This document shows positions 38,408 to 46,207 of a stretch of DNA of 46,207 nucleotides, piece by piece (the first letter of the stretch is position 1; every line of letters starts with the position of its first letter). The notes under the pieces were generated by a model. That model did not search any database. It worked only from the letters and a program-made list of their open reading frames with translations, and was not told the origin of the DNA. Origin of the DNA: Spirochaetaceae bacterium (GTDB lineage Bacteria > Spirochaetota > Spirochaetia > DSM-2461); NCBI GenBank assembly GCA_051531975.1, contig JAOPTT010000015.1, positions 1 through 46,207 on the forward strand, given 5' to 3'. The translations under genes and the position numbers were made by a program.

Positions 38408-39310
38408 ATGAAAATTAAAATAATTATAACCATATTTATATTAGTAATATTAACTTCTTGTAGTTCATTATTAAGAGCAGGTAATTTAGGTGGCTTTGAT
38501 GTTGTTTCTTTTGTAAGTGATTTAGATGCAGATGATATTGATGCTATTACTGAAACAGTAGATGCAGGTAAAAATGCTCTAGAAGATATAACTCCAGAGC
38601 AAGAATATTATATTGGTCGTGCAGTTGGTGCTACAATATTAGCATCATACGATGTATATGAGGATTCAGTAGCGACTGAGTATATTAATAAAATAGGAAC
38701 CATACTCTCCTATAATTCATCAAGACCAGAAACATTTGCAGGTTATCACTTTTTAATTTTAGATTCTGACGAAATAAATGCATTTGCATCACCTGGTGGT
38801 CATATTTTTATTTCAAAAGGCATGATAAGACTTGCTGAAAACGAAGATGAAATTGCTGCTATATTAGCTCATGAAATTGCCCATGTTGCTTTAAAACATG
38901 GTTTAGATGCGATTAAAAAGTCAAGAGTTACTAGTTTCTTAACAGTTTTAGGGACAAATTCACTAAAAGTATTTGGTTCCGAAGAGGTTAGTCAGTTAAC
39001 TGAGGTATTTGAAGGTTCCATTGGAGATATTACGTCAACTTTAGTCAATTCTGGGTATTCAAGATCATTTGAAAAGAAAGCTGATGAAGAGACAATTTCA
39101 ATACTTGAAGACACAGGTTATGATAAATTTGCATTAAATAGAATCTTATATAAAATGAGCGAAGTCTTAAATCCAAAAGGTTTAGATTTTGCAAAAACTC
39201 ATCCTGATCCATTAGATAGAATAGATGATATAGAAAAATCTACTGGTGTTAGTGGAAGAGGTTATAAAAAGAGAGCATCTAAAAGATATATTAATAACTT
39301 GGATATTTAA
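38408..39310 (+). CDS. M48-family zinc metalloprotease lipoprotein
   Basis: LTSC lipobox, INAFASPGG, AILAHEIAH (HExxH), YSRSFEKKAD and THP. Confidence 0.93.
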   Translation: MKIKIIITIFILVILTSCSSLLRAGNLGGFDVVSFVSDLDADDIDAITETVDAGKNALEDITPEQEYYIGRAVGATILASYDVYEDSVATEYINKIGTILSYNSSRPETFAGYHFLILDSDEINAFASPGGHIFISKGMIRLAENEDEIAAILAHEIAHVALKHGLDAIKKSRVTSFLTVLGTNSLKVFGSEEVSQLTEVFEGSIGDITSTLVNSGYSRSFEKKADEETISILEDTGYDKFALNRILYKMSEVLNPKGLDFAKTHPDPLDRIDDIEKSTGVSGRGYKKRASKRYINNLDI

Positions 39311-41428
39311 ATGAAAAAAATGATCTATCGTGGACTAATTATTGCGTTATTTTCTGTTTTAATATCTTCAGCTATATGGTTACTTAACATTATAGAACCA
39401 TTTGAAAGAATATCTTGGGATGCTAGAGTTAAAAGTTTTGTTGATGATACATATAAACCTAATAATATTGTAGTTATTATGTTAGATCAGGACAGTTTAG
39501 ATTGGGCAGAAGATGAACAAGGTTGGTCTTGGCCATGGCCTAGAGAAGTTTTAACTACATTAATTAATTTTGCTTCAAGAAATGGAGCAAAGACAATCGC
39601 ATTTGATGTCGTCTATACAGAAGCATCTCTTTATAGCGTTTATGACGATGAAGCATTTGGTTACGCAATAGATGATTCCGATATTTTTATAGGTGCTTGT
39701 TTATTAGATGAAACTGGTGAAAATAGCTGGAATACAGAATTACCTGATCAAGAAATCATAATTGAAGGTTTAGAAGAATGGTTGAAATTAGATTCAACTG
39801 ATATTGTAATAAATGGGCATTTAACATATCCAATTCCAGAAGTTAGTAAATATTCTAGTAGGTTAGCAAATGTAAGAGCAAAACCAGATGATGATGGAAT
39901 TTATAGATCTGCAGATCTTTTTTATATTTACAATGACAGGATTTTTCCATCAATTGCATTAGCTTCTTATTTAACTGGAAGCGATAGCAAAAGTCAAATT
40001 TCAATCAAAAAAGGCCTACTCACAATAGATGGAAAACAGATACCAATAAATAATCAAGGACAGGTTATTCTAAACTATAAAACTGAATCTGATAATTTTA
40101 CTAAAATTAAAGCGGCTAAAATTATAAATAGTGAAATCCAATATATCAGTGGGGAAGATATCACATTTGATTCATCAGTTTTTAATGATGCATACGTTAT
40201 GTTTGGTTACGCAGCTACTGGTTTATTAGATTTAAGAGCAACTCCTTTAAGTGGAAATGATACAGGTGTAATGGTTCATGCTGTAACACTAGATAATTTA
40301 ATAAATAATCAATATGTAAAAAAGCTAAACCCTATTATCTCAATTTTGATTACTCTTTTATTATCAATAGTTGCAGGAATATTATATACAAGATTCCAAG
40401 GTGGAGTAAAATCTGTCCTTTTTTATATATTGTTTATAGCACTTCCTATTATTATATCAGTTATATACTATTTTACAGGTATATGGTTTCCTCTGATATT
40501 TGTAGAACTATCAGTTTTATTAACTTTGATTATTGCAGGACTAGTAAATTATGCTACAGAAGGAAAGCAAAAGAGGTTTATTAAATCCGCATTTAAACAG
40601 TATTTAAGCCCCGACTTTATTGAACATATATTGACAGATCCCGATAAACTAAAATTAGGTGGAGAGAAAAAAGAAATATCTATCTTCTTTTCAGACTTAG
40701 AAGGATTTACTACTATTTCTGAAGGTCTTACTCCTGAAGAGTTAACTAAACTAATTAATGAATATCTAACAGCAATGACAGATATCATTTTAGATGAGGG
40801 TGGAACAATTGATAAATACGAAGGTGATGCTATCATTGCTTTCTGGAATGCACCAATTGATTATCCAGATCATGCTATAAGATCCGTTAGGGCAGCCCTA
40901 AGATGCCAAGATAAGTTAAAGGAAATGAGACCTTATTTTTTTAATAATGTCGGGCATAACCTTTTTATGAGAATAGGTATTAATACTGGAGATGCAGTTG
41001 TTGGGAACATGGGTTCAAATACTCGTTTTGATTATACTATGTTAGGTGATGCTGTAAATCTTGCGGCAAGATTAGAGGGTATAAATAAACAATTTGGAAC
41101 ATATACAATGATTTCTGAAAAAACTAAACTAGAAATTAATAGTTTTTATCCATCGAGAGAATTAGGAAAGGTTACAGTTGTTGGTAAAAACAAAGCAATT
41201 ACTGTTTTTGAACCGATGTTGCAAGAAGAGTATTCTAATCGTGAAAATGATTTAAATAAATTTAATTTAGGTTTAGATGAGTTTTATAACGGTAGATTTA
41301 ATGAAGCTATTAATATATTTGAATCTATTAATGATCCAGCTGCAAAAAAATATATAGATAAATGCAGAGAACTAAATAAAACATCAACTGAAAATTGGGA
41401 TGGAGTTTGGAAAATGACTCAAAAATAG
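39311..41428 (+). CDS. CHASE2-domain class III adenylate cyclase
   Basis: TM, CHASE2 (WPWPR, AFDV, DDDGIYR, DLRATP, GVMVHA), 3 TM, then the catalytic domain FSDLEGFT, DKYEGDA, DYTMLGDAVNLAARLEG. The Lys/Thr pair fits ATP specificity. Confidence 0.93.
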   Translation: MKKMIYRGLIIALFSVLISSAIWLLNIIEPFERISWDARVKSFVDDTYKPNNIVVIMLDQDSLDWAEDEQGWSWPWPREVLTTLINFASRNGAKTIAFDVVYTEASLYSVYDDEAFGYAIDDSDIFIGACLLDETGENSWNTELPDQEIIIEGLEEWLKLDSTDIVINGHLTYPIPEVSKYSSRLANVRAKPDDDGIYRSADLFYIYNDRIFPSIALASYLTGSDSKSQISIKKGLLTIDGKQIPINNQGQVILNYKTESDNFTKIKAAKIINSEIQYISGEDITFDSSVFNDAYVMFGYAATGLLDLRATPLSGNDTGVMVHAVTLDNLINNQYVKKLNPIISILITLLLSIVAGILYTRFQGGVKSVLFYILFIALPIIISVIYYFTGIWFPLIFVELSVLLTLIIAGLVNYATEGKQKRFIKSAFKQYLSPDFIEHILTDPDKLKLGGEKKEISIFFSDLEGFTTISEGLTPEELTKLINEYLTAMTDIILDEGGTIDKYEGDAIIAFWNAPIDYPDHAIRSVRAALRCQDKLKEMRPYFFNNVGHNLFMRIGINTGDAVVGNMGSNTRFDYTMLGDAVNLAARLEGINKQFGTYTMISEKTKLEINSFYPSRELGKVTVVGKNKAITVFEPMLQEEYSNRENDLNKFNLGLDEFYNGRFNEAINIFESINDPAAKKYIDKCRELNKTSTENWDGVWKMTQK

Positions 41429-41568
41429 AAAGAAGTTTATATTTCTGTTGATGTTTAAAAATTATTAGTTGGTCCCGTTAAATTATTACAACAGTATTTA
41501 CTAGTTTTACGGCTTTATTATTTTAATACCTAATTTCTAAAAAATCTAAAGTTTAAAAGGATCCTACA

Positions 41569-41652
41569 ATGTCAAAAAATAATTCAAAGGTTTGTATTAA
41601 AGAATCTTTCTGTATAAATGAAGTCTCAGATGGCTTGGGAAATAAGTATTAA
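41569..41652 (+). CDS. Putative 27-aa peptide, absent from the ORF track
   Basis: AAAAGGA SD 7 nt before the ATG. Encodes MSKNNSKVCIKESFCINEVSDGLGNKY. Its TAA overlaps the ATG of the LuxR gene (TAATG). Confidence 0.6.
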   Translation: MSKNNSKVCIKESFCINEVSDGLGNKY

Positions 41653-42512
41653 TGAGTGCAGTTTATTTATCTGTATTTAATATTCAAAAAAAAGTATCAT
41701 CTGCAGTTATAGTTTCAGGGATATGCTCATTAATATTGAATATAATTTATGCAATATCTGAAAATTATTCTTTTATAGAAATTATATTAAATCCTTCTAT
41801 TTATGTAATATTCTCTAGTATTATTTTTATTGGTATATTTTATAATAGAAATAATGTAATAGTAAGATTTATTCATGTACTAATATTCTTTTTATCTGGA
41901 ATAATATCAATTTTTGAAGAATATGACTCTTTCTATGGTATTGGTCTTATTATTATAGGTGTTATGCTTATGTACAAATATAATTTCTTTAATAAATATG
42001 CTCTAATAAAAATTTTAACCATGATAATTTTACTAATTGTTACTATCGAAATATCTTATCGAATAAATAATTTAGATAAAGAAGGTCAATCTGCCATGGT
42101 TTTATTCTTCTTAATATTCTTTATACTATTAATTTATCTAATCTTTACTGATGAATTAAATTCAATCTTTTTTAAAGAAAAACTACTCAATAAATCTATA
42201 GAGGATTTAGAGTCTGAAAAGAAAGAATCTGAGCATAATATAAATATATTAAAACGTAAGATTCTACTGTTAGAGATTAGAATTGATGAGATTCATGAAA
42301 AAGAATTAGATGTAAATGACTATAAACTTACTAGGAAAGAACTTCATACTTTGAGAGTTTTATGTAAAACTAATGGTTCAAATAAAGAAATAGCTAAAAA
42401 ACTAAAAGTGGAAACTGGTACTGTAAAACAACATCTTACAAATATTTACTCTAAAACTGAGGCGAAATCCCGGATAAAACTAATTGAGATGTTTAGAAAG
42501 AACTTTATGTAA
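41652..42512 (+). CDS. Membrane-bound LuxR-family regulator (about 6 TM, coiled coil, HTH)
   Basis: Hydrophobic N-terminal ~165 aa, heptad linker, then LTRKELHTL...SNKEIAKKL.VETGTVKQHLTNIYSK. Confidence 0.9.
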   Translation: MSAVYLSVFNIQKKVSSAVIVSGICSLILNIIYAISENYSFIEIILNPSIYVIFSSIIFIGIFYNRNNVIVRFIHVLIFFLSGIISIFEEYDSFYGIGLIIIGVMLMYKYNFFNKYALIKILTMIILLIVTIEISYRINNLDKEGQSAMVLFFLIFFILLIYLIFTDELNSIFFKEKLLNKSIEDLESEKKESEHNINILKRKILLLEIRIDEIHEKELDVNDYKLTRKELHTLRVLCKTNGSNKEIAKKLKVETGTVKQHLTNIYSKTEAKSRIKLIEMFRKNFM

Positions 42513-42755
42513 TAGTTTTAATGAATAACTTTTAGTATATTTTTCAAGTTTTTTTAATTCCTCCTATAATAAATAATTATTCATGTTTTTTAGAACCTTT
42601 TTAAGACCATTTAATTATTTCTGAAACTCCGAGGATATAGACGTATATGAAAAATAGATATTTACTATTAGTATTACTTGCTTAATTTATAAAATAAGAT
42701 ATTGAAGTACATTGTTATATAATTCCGTAAGCTTTAATTAGGTTTTGTTAAATGG

Positions 42756-42938
42756 ATGAATATATAGAATGTTGTTTGGTATTCAGATATTAATAAGTGG
42801 TAAGTTTGAAAAGATGGGTATATTTGTTCAATAATAACCTTTAAGAATTGTGATGATGCAAAATCATATGCACTTTTAATTGCAGAAAAAATGTACATCT
42901 GAATTTTTTGTCATGAATAAGGTAGGCCAAATACTTAA
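42756..42938 (+). pseudogene. Decayed small gene resembling DUF2188
   Basis: One frame reads MNI*NVVWYSDINKW*V*KDGYICSIITFKNCDDAKSYALLIAEKMYI*IFCHE*GRPNT*. The pattern was matched by eye. Confidence 0.45.
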
Positions 42939-42968
42939 CTATTTAAAATTCAATTAGTCATTATATTA

Positions 42969-42997
42969 TTGACAGTTAAATCTAGAGTTGTTATTTT
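42969..42997 (+). promoter_or_regulatory. Sigma70 promoter of tetR (leaderless geometry)
   Basis: TTGACA, 17 nt, TATTTT, then ATG 5 nt later with no SD. Confidence 0.7.
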
Positions 42998-43002
42998 AAA
43001 TT

Positions 43003-43566
43003 ATGAAAAGTAGAAAGGTTATTATTTTAGATGCTGCAAATGAGCTTATTAGCAGAGTTGGTCTTAATGCCATGAGCTATAAACATTTAAGTGATATCGT
43101 TGGTATAAATAAATCTAGTATTCATCACCACTTTCCAAAGAAGGAAAAACTTGTCGAAGAGCTATTAGAAAGATGCCAGCATATTTATGGTTCTCGGTAT
43201 AGAACAATTGTCTCCAGTTCAAATAGCCCAGCTCAAAAGCTCAAATTATTAGCAAATGTATTTGCTGATGGTTTAATTAATAATAAATTGTGTATGGTTG
43301 GTACGTTTAGTTCTGATAGGAATTCATTAAATGACTGTTCAAAAGGTATTCTAGAAGTTACAATTGAACAAACAGTATCAATTTATGCTGTAGTTTTTAA
43401 GCAAGGTAAGGATGATGGATCTTTAAAGTATACAGGAACTGATCAGCAGATTGCATATACATTCTTTTCTTTTTTGATAGGGTTACAAATATCAGCAAGA
43501 GCTTATGGTGGAATTGATTTATTTAATTCTAGTGTCGAAATTATGATTAATAGTTTATTAACATAA
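43003..43566 (+). CDS. TetR/AcrR-family regulator (NemR-like)
   Basis: GLNAMSYKHLS..VGINKSSIHHHFPKKE HTH, LCMVG, and GLQISAR. Confidence 0.92.
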   Translation: MKSRKVIILDAANELISRVGLNAMSYKHLSDIVGINKSSIHHHFPKKEKLVEELLERCQHIYGSRYRTIVSSSNSPAQKLKLLANVFADGLINNKLCMVGTFSSDRNSLNDCSKGILEVTIEQTVSIYAVVFKQGKDDGSLKYTGTDQQIAYTFFSFLIGLQISARAYGGIDLFNSSVEIMINSLLT

Positions 43567-43585
43567 TTTTTTTATATATCACCCG

Positions 43586-43599
43586 ACCAACTAGTTGGT
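43586..43599. promoter_or_regulatory. Perfect 14-bp palindrome, putative TetR operator
   Basis: ACCAACTAGTTGGT lies between the tetR stop and the SD of the next gene. Confidence 0.7.
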
Positions 43600-43630
43600 T
43601 AGTATGAGAAAATATTAAAGGATATAATTG

Positions 43631-44005
43631 ATGAAAACAGATGAAATTCAAAAAACTGGTTTAATTTTAAAACTACCTAATACAAATGCAAAACAAAACA
43701 ATAATCGTACATTATTAGAAGTTATAAATGATATTGATACAATTAAATACTTTGTTGATGGAATTGGAGAAATTCTAAATTCCCCTGTTAGAAGTAATAA
43801 AGGTAATTTTAACTCTTTAATAGTTCGCAATCCAAATCAAAATGAGATTTCACTTGAAACTACTATGAATTGGATGGGAACCGGAATGGAATCAATTATA
43901 CTTGAACATAATGATTCAGTAAAAACAGAGAAAGATGAAGTTGAAAGAATTGTAAAACATCTTGAAAACTTATTACCAAATGTAAACATAGAAGTTAAGG
44001 TTTAA
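43631..44005 (+). CDS. Hypothetical protein downstream of the TetR operator
   Basis: AAGGA SD. The ATG at 43631 follows the track's TTG at 43628. No motif recognised. Confidence 0.7.
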   Translation: MKTDEIQKTGLILKLPNTNAKQNNNRTLLEVINDIDTIKYFVDGIGEILNSPVRSNKGNFNSLIVRNPNQNEISLETTMNWMGTGMESIILEHNDSVKTEKDEVERIVKHLENLLPNVNIEVKV

Positions 44006-44753
44006 AATTATATTGTTTTTCTGTCTCAAGTATTAGTTTATTTGATATTGCTTCTTTTACTGCATTAGTTAGATCTTTTGTTTTTTTATAATTTGATGGA
44101 TCGATTGGATCTAGAACAAACATTCTTAATGGGTGTCGTTTTGTCCAAATTACTCCTTTTTTAGGCATTGAGTAATTATTCCCAACCATACAAACAGGTA
44201 GTATTTTTTTATTAGTTTTTTTTGATAATAATGATGCTCCATCTTTAAACCTTAAAAGATCACCTGTTTTAGATCTAGTTCCTTCAGGGAAAATTGCTAC
44301 TGAAACATTATTGTTTAAGTAATATTCACTTTTTTTCATCATTTTAAATTGACTTTTAGGGTCTCTTCTATTTAACAAAATGTATTTTGACATCCCCATT
44401 ATCCAACCTATAAATGGAACATAAACTAACTCCTTTTTTGCAACATATTTATATTGAAGAGGTGCTAAAAATGTTAATAACATAATATCAGCTAATGATT
44501 GATGGTTAGATACAATAACATATGTTTCATTTTTATTATATTTTTCTAAGCCTTGTCCAGTAGTATTCCAAAATGGATTTAAAGTTATTATGCATTGTCC
44601 TACAAAACATGCAATTCTATGGTTTATTCTACGGTTTCTATCAAATGGAGTAGTTAGTATCCAAATTATTGATGCAAAAACACATGTGATTGTAAATAGT
44701 AAAATTAAAGATAAATAATAAAGAAGTGTTCCAAGAAAGTTAATAATAATCAT
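43995..44753 (-). CDS. plsC: 1-acyl-sn-glycerol-3-phosphate acyltransferase
   Basis: NHQSLAD (HX4D), VAKKEL..VPFIG and FPEGTRS. Confidence 0.92.
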   Translation of the reverse strand: MIIINFLGTLLYYLSLILLFTITCVFASIIWILTTPFDRNRRINHRIACFVGQCIITLNPFWNTTGQGLEKYNKNETYVIVSNHQSLADIMLLTFLAPLQYKYVAKKELVYVPFIGWIMGMSKYILLNRRDPKSQFKMMKKSEYYLNNNVSVAIFPEGTRSKTGDLLRFKDGASLLSKKTNKKILPVCMVGNNYSMPKKGVIWTKRHPLRMFVLDPIDPSNYKKTKDLTNAVKEAISNKLILETEKQYNFKP

Positions 44754-44867
44754 TTTTATACTCCATAAATAGTAAAATTAGATTATTTATTTTCTTATGT
44801 AATAAGATTATTAGTCAAGTTTATTTTGTATTTTTTATCAATTCGTACAAAAAAAGTTAATAAATAA

Positions 44868-44888
44868 ATCCCCCTAATTTAGAGGGAT
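44868..44888 (-). terminator. Putative terminator after the 123-aa gene
   Basis: Imperfect hairpin ATCCCCCTAA-T-TTAGAGGGAT followed by TTATTT on the minus strand. Confidence 0.5.
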
Positions 44889-44896
44889 AATATAGA

Positions 44897-45268
44897 TTAT
44901 TTTACTATTGGTAGGGTAATTCCATAATGAAGACCAGAGTCTTTATTAATTTCCATTGATAGATTCATGTTTGATAATGGTTTAATAAATTTATATTTTT
45001 TGGATGTATCTTCACAGTAAAAAGATAGAACTAGCCCCTCTGTAGATGCTTCTACTTTAAAGTTTTCAATCACTGTTCCATTAAAATCATAAAATAAATT
45101 TCCACTACTATCTAATATTCGTATATTATTAGATTCAAATTCCCAAACTGCATCATAATTACTATCAATCCATTTTCCCGTTGGAAAATCGTCAAAATCA
45201 AACCCTTCTGCAGAAATAAAAGCAGTAGCTGTACATGTAAATAATAAAACCATAATTATTTTTTTCAT
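44897..45268 (-). CDS. Small exported hypothetical protein
   Basis: Signal peptide MKKIIMVLL...ISA, AGGAG SD, and FPTGKWIDSNYDAVWEF. Confidence 0.75.
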   Translation of the reverse strand: MKKIIMVLLFTCTATAFISAEGFDFDDFPTGKWIDSNYDAVWEFESNNIRILDSSGNLFYDFNGTVIENFKVEASTEGLVLSFYCEDTSKKYKFIKPLSNMNLSMEINKDSGLHYGITLPIVK

Positions 45269-45381
45269 TTTTTCTCCTATATAATAATATAAATTAATTT
45301 TAATACAAATATGTGTATAAGTGTAATTAAAAGTATAAAAATTATTAATACCTTTTGGTTTACAAATAGGCTAATATAGGA

Positions 45382-45410
45382 TTGAATCAAATCAAACAAT
45401 ATGGCATACT
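45382..45410 (+). promoter_or_regulatory. Sigma70 promoter of gap
   Basis: TTGAAT, 17 nt, CATACT with an extended TG. AGAGGAG SD before ATG 45483. Confidence 0.6.
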
Positions 45411-45482
45411 ACTTAAAAGATAATTTTATACCCATTGGGTAAAAAAGATCTAAGAGTTCAATTAATTAGAGGAGTTTATTAA

Positions 45483-46207
45483 ATGGGAAAAATCAGAGTT
45501 GGTTTTAACGGAATGGGAAGAATTGGTAAAAACGTTATGCGTGTTATCACTTCAACTTTAGGCGATCAAATCGAAATTGTTGCAGGAAACGATTTAGTTT
45601 CAGCTGCAGATATTGCAAAAAGCTTACCAAAAGATTCTATTCACGGAAAATTTCCAGTAGAAGTTTCACTTTTAAGTGACAACGTAATCAAAATTGGTGA
45701 TAACGAAGTTACTGTATATGCTGAAAAAGATGCTAATAACATCCCTTGGGGAAAGCATAACGTAGATATCGTATTTGAATGTACAGGTTTCTACTTAAGC
45801 CAAGAAAAATCACAAGCACACATCAATGCTGGTGCAAAGAAAGTAATTATTTCTGCTCCTTGTAAAGATGATACAAAAACTGTTGTAATCGGTGTTAACC
45901 ATGAGACATTAACTGGTAAAGAAACTATCGTTTCTAATGCTAGTTGTACTACAAACTGTCTTGCACCAATGACACATGCTATTGATATGACTTATAAAGT
46001 AATCAGTGGTCTTATCTGTACTACACATGCTGCTACAGCTACACAAAACGTTGCTGATACATTTGGTGGTGGTAAAAACAGAGCTACATTAAATAACATT
46101 ATTCCTGCAGGAACTGGTGCTGCTATTGCGGTAGGTAAAGTATTACCTCACTTAAATGGTAAATTAAACGGTACTGCTTTAAGAGTTCCAACTGATACAG
46201 GTTCTGT
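45483..46207 (+). CDS. gap: Type I glyceraldehyde-3-phosphate dehydrogenase, truncated by the window end (not in the ORF track)
   Basis: Manual translation gives MGKIRVGFNGMGRIG, ECTG, AGAKKVIISAP, SNASCTTNCLAP, NIIP and TALRVPT. Confidence 0.97.
   Translation, partial: MGKIRVGFNGMGRIGKNVMRVITSTLGDQIEIVAGNDLVSAADIAKSLPKDSIHGKFPVEVSLLSDNVIKIGDNEVTVYAEKDANNIPWGKHNVDIVFECTGFYLSQEKSQAHINAGAKKVIISAPCKDDTKTVVIGVNHETLTGKETIVSNASCTTNCLAPMTHAIDMTYKVISGLICTTHAATATQNVADTFGGGKNRATLNNIIPAGTGAAIAVGKVLPHLNGKLNGTALRVPTDTGS

Noticed and set aside
42756..42938. Stop-codon recoding to explain the interrupted frame
   Set aside because: All three stop types occur in the frame, and neighbouring genes use standard stops. 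Decay is the simpler explanation.

Overview
A very AT-rich bacterial chromosomal window. Gene content and order point to a free-living spirochaete (inference; no database search was possible). About 1-25 kb is mostly core genes: acpP end, rnc, CCA-adding enzyme, thiamine pyrophosphokinase, aroH, glycogen synthase, a MetAP-like gene, a triplicated tRNA-Thr/tRNA-Tyr array, then a near-continuous run of YkgJ, mltG, dnaG, rpoD, a Zn-ribbon gene, rnpB, a TPR gene, mreBCD, mrdA, rodA and a radical SAM gene. About 25-46 kb is more accessory: a membrane alpha/beta hydrolase, tRNA-Gln, a homocysteine methyltransferase/MTHFR fusion, an APC permease-EIIA fusion, YaaA, ArsC/Spx, ABC-F, two orphan ABC permeases, a probable outer-membrane barrel, an SH3/M48-protease/CHASE2-adenylate-cyclase operon, a membrane-anchored LuxR, a TetR module, PlsC and the start of gap. 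No transposase, integrase or CRISPR array was seen. The most interesting signals are: (1) an unannotated 27-aa two-Cys peptide ORF with its own SD, coupled (TAATG) to the membrane-bound LuxR, a candidate peptide-signalling module; (2) the SH3/M48/CHASE2-cyclase operon just upstream; (3) the 3x Thr-Tyr tRNA array, whose spacers keep a hairpin layout while differing in sequence; (4) repeated leaderless-type promoter-to-ATG geometry; (5) a missed 59-aa gene before mltG and a decayed DUF2188-like gene.
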